A stretch of 64,000 bases of DNA, taken from the NCBI GenBank assembly GCA_026025075.1, contig JAPEUI010000018.1, positions 62,001-126,000 on the forward strand. Direction: 5' to 3'. Below the pieces are notes generated by a model that ran no database searches, was not told where the DNA came from, and saw only the letters and a program-made list of their open reading frames with translations. Positions 1 through 12,842 of this stretch are shown here, piece by piece. How positions within the stretch are numbered: the first letter of the stretch is position 1; the number at the start of each line of letters is the position of its first letter. The stretch is from Vezdaea acicularis (lineage: Eukaryota). The translations under genes were made by a program, and so were the position numbers.

Positions 1-201
1 TGGACAGGGGATATCAGTTGAAGGCCATTTTCTCAGCAGGTTGAAAAATTACCAATCTTGGACGAGGCATCCGTCAGACTACCTCGTCGCGATCAGACTT
101 GCCCCATTGGTTCAGAGGGAGCGGTCGGCTCACCTGTTGAGCGTAGAGCTCTTTCCGGAGCTGGGCTTGCCAACCAGGGCAATCAAAGGGTCTCGGGGCA
201 T
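1..201 (-). CDS. Obg-family GTPase (YGR210C-like), 5' part only, runs off the window start
   Basis: Minus-strand ATG at 201 reads MPRDPLIALVGKPSSGKSSTLN (P-loop). A GTGAGC intron follows, then SLTDASSKIG. This matches the N-terminus I recall for YGR210C-type GTPases. Absent from the ORF track. Confidence 0.85.
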
Positions 202-419
202 GTTGGAAAGAACCTGGACTCAATCCAGCAAAATGTGGTTGAGTAAACCGTCATGTAGGACCGAGATTGTCGGGGATAAAGCGGTCATGTAGTTCGGTTC
301 CGCGGTCACAGCAACTTTTAGTAACTTCACAAGCAAGACTCCATCACACTATATCAATGCGGTTAAATAACGTAGTTCCCTTCATGAAGTTTAAAATCGT
401 GCAATTTCACTTTTCTAAA

Positions 420-1205
420 TCACAATGTCTCATCATTTCCTAGGCCACCATAAGTGTTCCCTGACGTACCACTAGCAGTCACAGGCAAGCCCGCCGCTTT
501 GTCCTCCTCATTCTGCTGCGATATCTTCGCCTCTGCAAGCCTTGCTGGGTCATTCTCCCCTCCAATATCGGTTGGATCCGCATAATGATCCTTCTCATCG
601 TCAAATCCTTCCGACGTCAAATTCTTTCCCTTTGGCTTCCGATCAGTCGGGTCCTGTACATAAGCAGTGTAGCCTGGGGCCGTGGGAACGGAGCTTTTCT
701 TCGAAGGAATAGGCCCGTCAGGTCCAGTACTACCGCCGCTCCCCTGCCCTGAGCCTACGTAAGAGCTTTCATTCAAAGAGGTGCCCCTTATGCTATAGAC
801 CCCCCTTGTACCTTCACCCTCCTCTCCGCCCTGCCCACCAACTCCCTCTGCATACTTCGGGCCACTCTTCCCCATCTCCTCGTCCGGCCTACGCTCATCC
901 TCCTTGTCCGCTCGCTCTTCTTTATTAGATGCTTGCTCAAGCTCAGTCACGCCTTGAGTATCTATATTCGTGAAGGTCGATTTGCCCCCTTCGACGTCTG
1001 AGGGCGTGCTATTGTGGTTCTTTGAGAAAACACCCTTGTTCTTCGACGACTCGGCAGCGAGAGAGTCAGCAGGTATGGGACCGGGGTTTTCCTCTTTTTC
1101 TCCTTCTTTAGAGTAATCCTGGAGGCTTTGGTTAGTGCTAAATGTAGGAAGGTGAAGCAAGTGGACTGGTGGGCGTACGTATTTGGTGTTGGTGTGGAAA
1201 GACAT
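420..1205 (-). CDS. Conserved fungal hypothetical protein, low complexity Gly/Glu-rich
   Basis: 261-aa ORF with ATG. The C-terminal KPKGKNL...GFDD...DIG...DPARLAE motif is typical of a fungal hypothetical family. Confidence 0.65.
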   Translation of the reverse strand: MSFHTNTKYVRPPVHLLHLPTFSTNQSLQDYSKEGEKEENPGPIPADSLAAESSKNKGVFSKNHNSTPSDVEGGKSTFTNIDTQGVTELEQASNKEERADKEDERRPDEEMGKSGPKYAEGVGGQGGEEGEGTRGVYSIRGTSLNESSYVGSGQGSGGSTGPDGPIPSKKSSVPTAPGYTAYVQDPTDRKPKGKNLTSEGFDDEKDHYADPTDIGGENDPARLAEAKISQQNEEDKAAGLPVTASGTSGNTYGGLGNDETL

Positions 1206-2209
1206 CTTTGGAGCTGTAAAGAATTAGGTAATAATTGCAATGATTATCCAAGTTTGGGGTGGATATGGGAACTTTTGGAACGATAGTTAGAACTTCTCCT
1301 ACATATTGTCATCCTGTACCTGACTGCGTCATCGAAAGCTTGACCGAGCATTGACGTCATATTGAAGGTCGCCATCACATCACAATGGAATTTTTGCAGG
1401 AATGAGGGTCTTAGTACCAGAAGTAAAGAATGGAATGGAGAGAGCACCATGTCATTTAAGCGCAAAGAGCTTGAGGATGATAAGGTATCCTGCCAGTGAA
1501 ATCTTCCGCAAATTATATATCTTCATCCCAGCACTGATACCAGAAAGCTCCATCGTGAATAAGGGCAATGCGCCCTAGTTTTCAACCTTCAACGAAGCTG
1601 GATACTCCTTGCAACGCTGTACGCTTCGTTGGCAGTGACTACCATCAGGAGAAAAGGGGCGTTGGATAGGGTTGACAAGATACGCTCAATCCTCTGCATT
1701 GCTCGTCTCCCCACTAGTGGAAGACAAACAATAAAACCACGTAATATCATGAGTCTCATAGTAATGGTGGATTTCAACCCAATGCGGTTTCATGAGATAT
1801 CTTGTCTAGGCAAAGCACTAAAAGCGCGGATAGGTAATGCATGAACAAGAAATAGCTGTGCCGCGGAAACATATCGCATGAGCATCGTAGTACAAGTGAA
1901 AAACGAATCTCGCCAATGTAGGGAATTACAGCAAACCTATGCTGTAGAATTCCTCTGGCAGTGGGCACGGTACGGGTGGGGGTATGAATGGATGGATGTG
2001 TTTGGGGAGTTTCCAAATCCGAGATGTGATCTTGTGAAATGCGCAAGTTCAAATGCGGCACGACACGCCAATAAAAGTGCAGGAGATTGTAAGCAAAGGA
2101 ATTTCCAAAGGCCCCCATAAAACCGAAGGGAAGTATAATTCGCTAGAAGACCCAGACTCCTGCAATCAAAAAGTGAAATAAGAAATAGGGCAACCATTAA
2201 CGAGCACAT

Positions 2210-4370
2210 CTATCCATAATAGACTGGTGGGCCTTGTGGAGCTTGCTGAGAGTAATGGTAGAAGTCAGGGCTAGGGGTCGGAACACCGCCTACTCCAACA
2301 ACGCTCCCCTGATACGGCATCGGGTAACCGGTGGTTACAGGTGGGTAGCTCGGAGCATTGTAGAGCTGAGAAGAGTCGTAGTAATAAGTCATCCCATTAA
2401 CTTCTTGAGCCACCATGTTACCCTGCCCCGTGGGTTGTGGAACAGTTGGCGCGGCCTCTTGGGGAACAACGAATTGAGCTGGCTGGGCTGGAACATAGCT
2501 GGGAGCCGGGGCATTGGAAGCAACAACTGTGGGATACTGCGGTCCTGGATTTGGCACCATGGCTGGAGGAGGGCCATAATAGTAACCCGCATGTTGTGGG
2601 ACGGGCGCGTATGATTGAGGGTAGTATTGACCTGCGAAATGTGGCGGCTGAAAAGGTTGCGCATGGATCGCTCGCTCAGGAATATTCGATAGCGGAGTAC
2701 CTGTGGAATTTTGACTTGGATAGGATGAAGTACGGCCATGTGCACTTTGCGACTGGCTTGGAGCATACTGGTGCCCGTTGACATGAGGGACTTGCTGATA
2801 GAAAGGCTGGTGTTGCTGTTGAGGTGGTGGGTGGAAAGGCATTGACGCTGGCGACTCGATATCTGCAACTGAAACCGTCTTCTGTGGGCGAGGTTGATGC
2901 ATTTGAAGCGAAACGCGGTTCTCTCGGTGCGTTGGGTCCTCGGGAAGAGGGTAAGAATGTTGGTGAGATGCTGGCATGCCGTTGTGATTTGTGGGCTGGT
3001 ATTGAAGAGGGGGGTGAGGCTGCAGCGCGGAGGGTGGTAGTCGGACGACAGGTTTTCCAGCTTCGGCCGGCAGTCCAGCTCGAGACATAGTAGACCCTGC
3101 AGGAGAAACCAGACTATCGCGATTGACCTCGTGCGCTAGCGATGAACGACGGCTCATGGCAACGCTTGGTGAGTATATGCTCCCACCGTAAACACTTGTG
3201 CGACGACTAGAGATGCCACCATACATGCCGTATCCGCCTCTTCCTCTGCCCGTGTTCCACCTCTGTTGGTTGGGTCTCATAGCTCGAGGAATGAAGATGA
3301 ACGACCTCTCAACAGCTGGAAAGATGTATCGTGGGGGGTGGTTTGGAAGGGAGATACGGACAGGTTTGTCGCGGCGGAGTGGAGGTCGGTGATTTGGAAG
3401 TCGAGTGTGCTGCTTAACAGGGAGTGCGGTAAAGGTTATTGGGTCTGACATCCCCGGAAGGGAGACACGAACTTGGACATTGCCAATTTGAATTGATCTT
3501 GAAAATGAACGGTTTGGAGGGACTGCTTTTGGCATAACCTGTGTTGTTTTTGACTGGTTTTCAGAACCTAAGGCTGCCGTCGGTGGCAAATTCGGCTGTG
3601 ATTCAGATTGGGCGACAGCTTCATGCATATCATGTGTCCAAAGGGCGTCTGTCCCTTCAGTAGCTTGGGTTCGAGCACTGGGACGTCCTTTAGCAAGTGA
3701 GAACCAAATGTATGCGAAGTGAGGTGACCTACTTTGCGGGTGAAAATGGGCCACCAATCTGACCCCTTCCTCGTCCTCTACCAAAGGGTCTGAAGCCATT
3801 CGCGGCTGGTCCAGCATGTCGATGATCGTGCATAAAAAAGGCTCCACGATTAGGCACAAAGGCCGGGTCAGCGTCCCTTTTTTTCTTGTAATCATCATGT
3901 TCACGCTTTCGACGGTCGATTGGGGATTCCTGCTTTGACGCATCTTCCGTCGCTACGTTCTCATTATCCAGTCCCATTTTATCGAAGTCAATAGCTTCTG
4001 GTTCCTTCGATAACTTGGCTTTGGATCCGTTCGGCCCATTGAGGGCTTTCGAGAGACCGTTCATCATAGCATCGTTATCTGCTGTCGCGGCATTTTTGTG
4101 TACCATCGGCACTTCTTCAATATGTTTCGAAGTATTGCCGTTGCTGGCCTTGGCAAGCTTGTCAATTTTTCCTTTCTGCATAGGGCCGTCGTCCTCGCTG
4201 AGATCACTCCCTGATGCTTCAGCATCCGCTTCATCTTCGTCGTCACTTGGGATGGTGCCCTCGCTCAGCGAGTCATCTTCTAACTCCGCCACGTCAGGTC
4301 CACCTTCTTCTCCTTCTTCATCCACACGACGCCGGCTTGCGATACCCTTCTTGCGGCCATTAGCAACCAT
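2210..4370 (-). CDS. Btz/CASC3 (Barentsz eIF4AIII-binding) domain protein, 2 exons (intron ~3732-3678)
   Basis: REHDDYKKKRDADPAFVPNRGAFFMHDHR is the Btz signature. A GTAGGT donor at 3732 joins the 213-aa ORF to the Pro/Gln/Tyr-rich ORF ending at 2210. Confidence 0.85.
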
Positions 4371-5156
4371 CCTGGAAGTGAATTAAATATAGAATAGACT
4401 TCGCTGTGCGGCGAGGTGGACCTGAGCGTGGGCACCAGGGAGTATGAGGAGGCAAACGTCGTATGATGTGAGGTGTCGGATTTCGGAGATAGCGATGCCG
4501 GTAGGCAGTGGTTGTCGGTCCAGCAACGAGCCAAAAGGATATGGAAAGACGGTTGGAAAGTATAGCTTCGAGCGCTCAATGAGGCTGAGGAAAAGATGAA
4601 AAGAAAGAAAAGTGTGTCGGCTGAAATGTTGTTGATGTGTGTCAAGGACCATTCTCGACTACGACATCAAGAAATGCTTCTCGCTAAAAGAAACATCCCT
4701 GTGCTTAGTGGAGGACACGCTTAGGATTTAAGCGGAACGACATGTTCGAAATTCTCATTGGTGAAGTATATGACTATCACTCAAAAGTTAGATATAAGTG
4801 AAGATAGCGGATTTAAGTAAAGACCTCAGGGGATTTTGTATGATTTTTAGATGCTAAAATGTAAAATAAATGAAAAGAACCTTCGGTGGTTGCGCCATAG
4901 AACGGGAGTTAACGCTAGGGTTTGGTGGAAGGGGCTCGTCGAAATGGAATTGCTGAGGCTAATTTAAAAAACAGCAATCAGAACTTAGCTTCACCTCATG
5001 CAGCAAAGCTTTGCTTTGTGGTAAGAATTGGACACTTTAACATATAGTTGAGCTTTCATTATGGTCTACTGTCCAGCATTAACTGAACAGACAACCAAGG
5101 GTTATTAATTTTAGCCTCAGCGGCGCTTCAAAACGTAAAACTTTCTTAGGAGACCT

Positions 5157-6470
5157 CTAAAAAACGGTCTTCTTCCCTTGACTTGACACGATTCCACCAG
5201 TCAGTCTAGGTGCGCCTGCGAGCGCTCGTCCTGGACTGATTGAGGTTTCCTCGGTACGGCGTTTTAGGACTTTCTGCGGCCTCTTCATAACTAGTGATCC
5301 ATTTCTGAAAGGCCTTACATCCCTCGTCTCGGACGTACTCTCTCCATTCATAACTCTGTCTGATTTGCCGTCAGAAGTAGTCCGCACTTCGTCTTTGCCA
5401 TATCGCTTTTTGTATCTGACAGCCTTGTCCTCCGCAAATTCAGTCCGCAACAGCCGTCCTCTTAATCGATTCACAAACCACTTCCGTGTCTTCTTATTCC
5501 TTTCTGAAGATTTTCCAGCATCCTTGAACTCGGTATCCGTATCGTCGCCCAGTTCCTCAACGGGTATTCTTACCCATCCTTTGATTACAGATTCAGCCGC
5601 CTCGACATCCTCAAATTCTATCCATGCGAAGCCTTTGCATTTGCCTGAATCCTCAAATGTTGCCATATGTATACCCTTTATCTTTCCACAACGGCTGTAA
5701 TGTTCGGATAGATCATCCTGCGATACATCATAACCAAGATTGCCAACGAATATGCGATTGTTTGGAGCGACAGAAGTAGCTGCGACTCCATTGCTATTAA
5801 TGACACCATCTTTAGGCTTTTCAGGCCTTCCTTCGAACGACTTGGCGTCTTTGATCAGCACCCTGCGTCCAGACAAGAGTGTTTCGGATAGTGCAAGCGC
5901 AGCTTTCATGGCCTCGGTGGTCTTGAAGTCCACATATGCGAATCCTTTATTTTGTGGCTTCAGGCGCTGCAACCCCGCGGCAATGAGCCCGGGTCCTCGA
6001 GAACCCTCTCTAGGGGCTGGAAGGTGAATTCTAGTAATCACTTCGGCTTTAATCGAGGAATTTTCTGTGAAGAAATCCTGTAAGGTAGCTTTGGTCGTTG
6101 TGAAAGGCAGGTTGCCAATCCATATGCCAAACGTAGGCTGATTTGCGGGGCGCGAGGGTTCTAATCTCTCGTCATCTGAATTCGCCATAACTCGCTCTTG
6201 GGCAATGCCGCTCTGCGGTCTAGCAACTATAAGTAAAGCGCTAGTGGGCTTAATCTTTTTGGCCTTGCGCAGGGCTTTTTTGGACGGTGGCTCCGGAGCT
6301 GCAATATCAATCTCGATCTCCTCGGCTGTACTTTGGTTCCGCTTCCTCTTCTTCGGTGTCATATTCCGAGGGCTGGCCGAAGAAGTGCTGCCCTCATACG
6401 GGGAGCTGTACCTAGAGTCAAGGCCCTCGTCCGGGGCACTTCTTTTCTCTTTGGTAGTGATAGGGGCCAT
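5157..6470 (-). CDS. NOP13: Nucleolar two-RRM RNA-binding protein (Nop13/Rnp24-like)
   Basis: Two RRMs (IWIGNL...KGFAYVDF; IFVGNL...KGFAWIEF), basic N-terminus, C-terminal PGRALA...QGKKTVF. Confidence 0.8.
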   Translation of the reverse strand: MAPITTKEKRSAPDEGLDSRYSSPYEGSTSSASPRNMTPKKRKRNQSTAEEIEIDIAAPEPPSKKALRKAKKIKPTSALLIVARPQSGIAQERVMANSDDERLEPSRPANQPTFGIWIGNLPFTTTKATLQDFFTENSSIKAEVITRIHLPAPREGSRGPGLIAAGLQRLKPQNKGFAYVDFKTTEAMKAALALSETLLSGRRVLIKDAKSFEGRPEKPKDGVINSNGVAATSVAPNNRIFVGNLGYDVSQDDLSEHYSRCGKIKGIHMATFEDSGKCKGFAWIEFEDVEAAESVIKGWVRIPVEELGDDTDTEFKDAGKSSERNKKTRKWFVNRLRGRLLRTEFAEDKAVRYKKRYGKDEVRTTSDGKSDRVMNGESTSETRDVRPFRNGSLVMKRPQKVLKRRTEETSISPGRALAGAPRLTGGIVSSQGKKTVF

Positions 6471-6802
6471 TTTCGAATCCTCAACGAGGATAGAAAGCTC
6501 GCCAATGATATGTGTGTAGGTTTACCTTCAAAAATTTGGAGCTAGTGCCACTGGCGAAAGCCTCACCATCAGGAGACCCGCATGTGTCGCTTCAACCACA
6601 GGAGTCAAATCTCGGCCCCGGAGGATCGACATGCCGCGTAAGACCCGCTAGAACGGGCAGAGAGAAACAAATGAGATATCATCACACATTCACACGCGTC
6701 CTGCGCTGTAATCTAAGCCCGCGTACTGCATGGTCCAGAGCATTCATTCTGTCAACTTAGCAGACGTGAACGCTGTTACATTCTCTTGACTTGAGGGCTA
6801 TA

Positions 6803-7797
6803 ATGTCCATCGAGAATATTGCATCTACCGCTGAGGGTGGACAGGCAATGAGCTCTACTCTTGAGTCTGGTAAACCCACTTACAAGTCATGGAAAAAGAA
6901 ATTTCGCAAGATGAAGTACCAGTTCGATCAGGTTATGAGGGATTGCGACCACTTATATCAAGAGGAGTTGAAGGGTCACGAAACAGCTCGGAGAATCGCA
7001 GAGATGAACAAGTGAGTTATGACGCTATCTCAATGGCTCAACCGGCTGATTGCTCTTTTAGCATGATACTCGAAGTCCTTCTAGACGTCAATAGTTCTAA
7101 CCATATCGACCCTCGCCTTCGAATCGACCTTGGCTCTGCAACGTTGAAGGCGCCTGGACCTTCAGAAGTGCCTGGCTTGGACACCGACGACACTCCAACA
7201 TCAGAAGATGATCCTGCCCCCATCAGGTCCTTTCAAAGCTTGCTTATAACTCCTCATGCGAGTCTGGCTTCTGTCCAAGAAGAAGACCTACCAGAAGATT
7301 TGACTGCGGAGAAGCCGGCCACGTACCTGGGCATTGAGCAAGAAGAGGACTATTACGTAAATTTGGACAGACTTCTCGGTAACTCGCCTGTTCCGCTCAT
7401 ACCGGAGTTGTCTAGTGCTGGGGAAAAGAGCAGTGACAAGGAAAAGGATATCAATGTAAGAAACCCGATGTCAGTGTACAACTGGCTGCGTAAGCACCAG
7501 CCTCAAGTTTTTCTTCAGGACCATGAGGTCAGCTCGGACAAGTCAGCAAAGACGGGCGACAAGCGTGGTGCTGGGAAACGGGCGAGCATCGCAGCAGCTA
7601 AGGCTACTCCCGAATATCTCGACGAGGACGGCATATCGTACGGGGCTGATTCGAGTAGTGCTTTTGGTAGCCGTGGGAAAAGAAAGCGCGATGACGACCC
7701 AAGCTACCGTTCCAAGGGAGGTCGGCCGACCAAGAGAAAAAGAGAGGATTCTGCTCCTGGAGGAAAGAAGCTTCGTAAGGCAACCAACATGGCATAA
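6803..7797 (+). CDS. IEC3: INO80 complex subunit IEC3, 2 exons (intron 7012-7061)
   Basis: YKSWKKKFRKMK coiled-coil N-terminus and RNPMSVYNWLRKHQPQVFLQD motif. The GTGAGT...TTTAG intron joins two ORFs. Confidence 0.85.
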
Positions 7798-8572
7798 TGT
7801 ACAGAAAGTCAGCTGTAGAAGGAGAGTTTTTCGTTCTGTTTATATGTATCTGTGGTTGGAGTTTGTGAGATTGGCCTGGGATCGGGACTATGGAGGCATG
7901 GGCGCAAAGAATATTGGCAAGGACGTGTACCATCTCAGCATGTGCTCAAGACCAGGTGTTGCATAACAATTGATAAAAATTCATAATCAAACAATTCCGC
8001 CGTCCAATAGCGGGCTTGCCAAGGATTTCGATGCTAGTCCCTCCATGAGAGCTACTCTTCTAGAACCTGTCTGAGCTATTGCTTTTACTTCAATCTACTG
8101 ACTGGGTGAGAAGCTGAGAGATTTGGTAAGGAGTGTTTTGAGCGAACGTGAAAGCAGCAGTCGAATAACGGGAAGTTGCGAATCACGTTGCCGCTAGAGG
8201 CATCCGCCGGCGAAAAGATCATGAGCGTGACCTTTGTCCCTCGCAACTCGCTTCCACCATGGACCCTCCGGTGTGATCGTTAAGCGAAGGCAGCCAGTTG
8301 CGTATGCTCGTCTCTAAGGTCTCCGCATCGTCACTCCACTCCCACCCAACACACCCTCGACAGCTCCTTCACGAGCCTCAACACTCGACATCGATAATTC
8401 GATAAAACGAGAGTCTACTCATCTCATCTAGACTCTTCGCCAACAGACCCACTCCACATTCGATCCACTCTCTTTCAGGACCTTCACTGCAACAAACGCA
8501 GGAGTGGAGGCTAGCTTACCGACCGACCTTCTGCCTGTCGTCACCTCATACGTTGCACGAATACGTCTGATC

Positions 8573-11346
8573 ATGGCCACTCAGACTGCAACCAACCCCG
8601 ACACCCAGATATCTATCAAGGTCTCTCTTGATGGGATCAACCGAAGATTTAGGGTCGCCCTTCGCGAACTCGGTCCGAATGTCTTCCCAGACAAGGTTGG
8701 TTTATCTCTCACTGTGCCCGCATGAGGTTCGGCAACCAGGCTGTAGCCGGTAGCTCTATATCATACTACTCCCCGTCACTCTTTCATCTCACATCAGTAC
8801 GTCGTTGAGATTTACTAAAAATTCTTTCTCTAATTAGCTTCGGAACCTCTTAAATATCCCTGCGAAACAGCAGGTTATCTTTGAGCGCTTCTCGGACAGT
8901 GCTGGAGCCTTTATCACGCTTGATTCAAACAATCCTTCCATTTATAAGCAACTTTACCGTGCTGCTAAAGCTAAGTTGAAGCTTCGGATCCGAGCTACTG
9001 TCATTACTGAGCCTACGAATTCGACCGAGACCAGCAAACAAGAAAATGCCTCGGCAGCTACCTTTTTGCAACCTCCTAAGACTGAGACTTTAGGATCGAC
9101 TCCACTCCACAAGCTCATCGAGCTTGCTAACACTGCCCCAATGGTGGTCAACGGCTCACCTGATCAGCTTCCTTCTGAGGAGAAGCTCACCAAGGCATCT
9201 TACAAAGAATCATCTTTTTTGCCGCAAGAAGTCGAGCCTCAGCTTAGTCTTGCCACAAGACCGAAACCTTCGGCGGAAGCTCCAGTACCGCAACCATTTT
9301 CCATCATTTCAGACAGTTTCCCCGCTGAAATCGCTGCTCTTAAGGAGCGCCTGAGAGCGATAGACCCGAAGTTCCCTTGCGGACCCCCACGTCCTCTCCA
9401 CTCGGACTCGCATTACACTGTCTATTGCAATAAATGTGACAGCGCTATCCCTGATGATCACTATCACTGTAACATCTGTGATAACGGAGACTATGATCTC
9501 TGCAAGAATTGTGTGGACTCCGGAGTCACCTGTGAAGGACAAGGTCATTGGTTGATCAAGAGATATCTTAAGGCTGGCAAATTTGTCACCAGCACCACCG
9601 AAAAAATATCACCGAAGAAACCCGAGAACCCGGGGTCATTCAATGGGAGTGCACACTTTCAAAAGATGGCCTGCATTGGCGATCTCAAGACAGACAGCGA
9701 AAAGGCATTCGACGTGGCCGCTCGTACCTGTAACAACTGCATCGAATGTAAGTTTGATTCGAGGTTTCCAAGCAAGTTATAAGCGAAAAGTAAAGCTCAC
9801 AATGACATAGCACTGCCGGAGAGTCAATTCGTCAAATGTGCCTCATGTTACGATTTTGATTTATGCATCTCATGCCTTGTTGAAATGAAGCACGGCCATC
9901 ACCCCGCCCATCCGTTCGTTCCTGCTGGGGAAAAGGTCCTTCTGAACCCGTTGTTGAAGAAGCTCTGCGAGCCTGGTCGTGACAGGCATCACCTAGCGAT
10001 CTGTGACGGATGTGATAAAGTACGTATTTCCCCTCATGATGTAATGCTATAGTCCGCTCACACACGATTGATAGAATATTCGTGGTATTCGCCACAAGTG
10101 CCTGGATTGCCCCGATTGGGATTATTGCTCTGAATGTATTCTCAGTGCAAGGGATATTCATCCTGGACATCGTTTCACTCCTATCTATGACCAGCTTGCC
10201 CCTGCCAGGACTCGTGTTGTTCGCCACCACGGCATCTTCTGCGACGGAGTTCTTTGCCGTGGCAAATCACTACAGACATACATTGTCGGTGATCGTTACA
10301 AGTGCGCAGTCTGTCATGATACGGATTTCTGCGCCAACTGCGAAGCAAGCCCAGCCAACCTCCATAACAAGACGCATCCTCTCATCAAGTTCAAGACCCC
10401 TGTCAGGGATGTCACTGTAAGCACCGAAGGCGAGAAGATCAATGGAGAATCCATGCCAGTGATGGGAGATGCGCATGCTCGAACTCGTTCTACAGGCACT
10501 GATTCGAGATCTTCAATCTCGTCAACCAATGCCGCCACACAAGTGCAGACTGTCGCAGATCTTCAGCCTACAGTCGAAGACGTTCCTGCAGAACGTGAAC
10601 CTCAAAGTGCGCCTCCATCGCCCAAGCCTCTACAAGCTCACTTCGTTTGCGATACAATTCAGGACGGGAGCTCCCTTCCCACTCAAACCCTTTTCTATCA
10701 GACATGGACTTTGGAGAATCCAGGCCCAGCTTCTTGGCCCGCAGGATGCACTGTACAATTTACTGGTGGCGACCGACTTTTCAATCTCGACTTGAATCAC
10801 ATCTGCGACGTGGTCGAACTCAAGAAGGCCGGCGAGACGAATGCAACCACTTCTGAAATCCCAGCTGGCCATCTATTCAACTTCACGGTCGAGATGCGTA
10901 CCCCCAAGACTCCTGGTCGTAAGGTCTCGTACTGGCGTCTGGCTGCTCCTAACGGCGAAAAGTTCGGACATAAACTTTGGGTGGACATTCACGTTCAAGA
11001 CCAGGTTGCGGCTGTTGAGACGATTAAGAATGCTTCCGTTACGACCACCTCAAACTCGGAGCTGACAGAAGTACCAAAGATTCAGTCACCGGTACAAGAA
11101 AGCGCAATGATCTTCCCAAAACTTGAGAAGGAATCTCCCGTCTCCAGCCAGCACGAGGCTCAAGCCACTGGCCCTTCGGCGAATGAAGACGACGTGGAGA
11201 GCCTTACCGAAGAAGTTGAGGGCCTCGCCATCGAAGGCGATGAGGACGATTCCTATGACGAGGGTTTCTTGACAGACGAGGAATACGATATTCTCAACGC
11301 CAGCGACGAGGAGTTTCTAGAGGCAAGCATGAAGGCTACCAAATAA
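8573..11346 (+). CDS. NBR1: NBR1-like selective autophagy receptor (PB1-like, 4 ZZ zinc fingers, FW domain, C-terminal LIR-like motif); introns 8696-8837, 9748-9810, 10020-10074
   Basis: Spliced product has four ZZ fingers (CNKC, CNNC, CDGC, CDG..CAVC), an FW domain (QTWTLENPG...YWRL) and an acidic tail EEYDIL. Confidence 0.85.
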
Positions 11347-12131
11347 CTGCCGCCTGACCCAATAGCTCGTACAGATTATGGTGGATGGAATAAATTGCAA
11401 GCTACCAACCAAAATCGGGTGCGAAGGACCTTAATGGAGTTTGAGGCGCATAGCCTCGCCGATTCCAGTCTCCTAACTCTTCAACTTTCCTTATTCTGTT
11501 TCTCTGTTTCTCTGATCTCTCATCTCTGCGTGTTTCCAATTCATCTCCTTGAGCAAACAAATCAAAGAGCCTTTGCGTTCGCCCCCAAAGGTTCTGCGTA
11601 ACGCCCTCAAAAGGCACGCACGTCACATAAGCGGCTTAACTCCCTTGCTCTTAGCTACCCACTTACCCGCTGAGATTGAGCTTCGTGCGCACCTACGAAC
11701 AAAGGGGGAAAATGTTCACATGGGAAAACATGATAACCGTGATGAATCGGTAGACTCTGCTAGTGGCAGTATGAAGAAGCGCCTACGAAGATTACTCACT
11801 CACTCCTTTTCTGCTGCGATGAGATTTGCTGGTGTTATGTAGGCAATGGAATTTGATATCTCATTTGAGCTGTTATTCACCATGCATGCACGGTTGTGAT
11901 TTGAAAAGTATGCAAAGAGAGAAGTGTTGAAAGCGAAAATGCGAAGCCAAGCAAAGATGCAGAGTAAGGAAGCAAAAGCGTAAGGTAAGGCTAGCCAAAT
12001 GGACACTATGGGCACATCCCCTCCATCCCACTCATCACCCTCCACCATCCGCCCCTTCCCCCCTGCACCACCTCCGCAATCTCCTTTCCGATTGAACAAA
12101 ACGAAAAAAAACCCCAAATGAAAAAAGCCAA

Positions 12132-12842
12132 TCAATGCTCGAACCAGTCATCCTCCCAAGGCGGCGCAAGCCTCCAAAACGCAGCTTCTAGTTCTTCGTT
12201 GTGCCGTAGGCTCATTATCACTGGCGACTCAGGCCTACGTAGCGCGGCTTCCACTTCCTCGTTGTGCCGTCGGCTCGTTATCGCCGGCAACTCAAACTCA
12301 GGGGCGGGCTGTGCGGTGGGAACAACGGAGCCCTCCCGGTAGCGTGATGGTTGGTATGGTGCTACTGGTGGTGGGCGTTGTGGTGGTGGTGGTGGTGGTC
12401 GTTGTTGTTCCATTGGCCGGGGCGCTGCCTGGTTCTGGTACGGATTGGCGGATGGTCGGGCTGGAGCAGCAGGGTCAACGAAAGAAGCTGGCTCTCCCCC
12501 ATAATTTGGATGAGGCGGCGCAGCGAAGTAGTTGGTGGTGCTGGCCCCCGGGAAAATGGGCTCTCTCCCGTAGTATGGGAGAGGAGGTGGGGCGGCGTGG
12601 TAGGTGGGGTATGGTCCGCCGCCTGCTGCAGCAGAGCCAGGAAACATCCCCTGGTGATAGTAGAGGGGCATGGGGTCAAAGAAAACGTGGACAGAGTCGA
12701 AAGAAGGTGCGGAAAAAACAGGCACTCCCCCATAGGTTGACGGAGGGGGCGCAATGACAGGGTAAGAGGAGGGGTCACGGGCTGGGACGGCGACTGGACG
12801 AGGACCGGTCGACTGCGCCGTGTTGCGCTGCTTCTGCATCAT
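12132..12842 (-). CDS. Proline-rich orphan protein (start uncertain)
   Basis: Long P/Y/A-rich ORF. An internal 63-bp duplication keeps the motif RHNEE.EAA, which suggests coding constraint. Confidence 0.4.
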   Translation of the reverse strand: MMQKQRNTAQSTGPRPVAVPARDPSSYPVIAPPPSTYGGVPVFSAPSFDSVHVFFDPMPLYYHQGMFPGSAAAGGGPYPTYHAAPPPLPYYGREPIFPGASTTNYFAAPPHPNYGGEPASFVDPAAPARPSANPYQNQAAPRPMEQQRPPPPPPQRPPPVAPYQPSRYREGSVVPTAQPAPEFELPAITSRRHNEEVEAALRRPESPVIMSLRHNEELEAAFWRLAPPWEDDWFEH

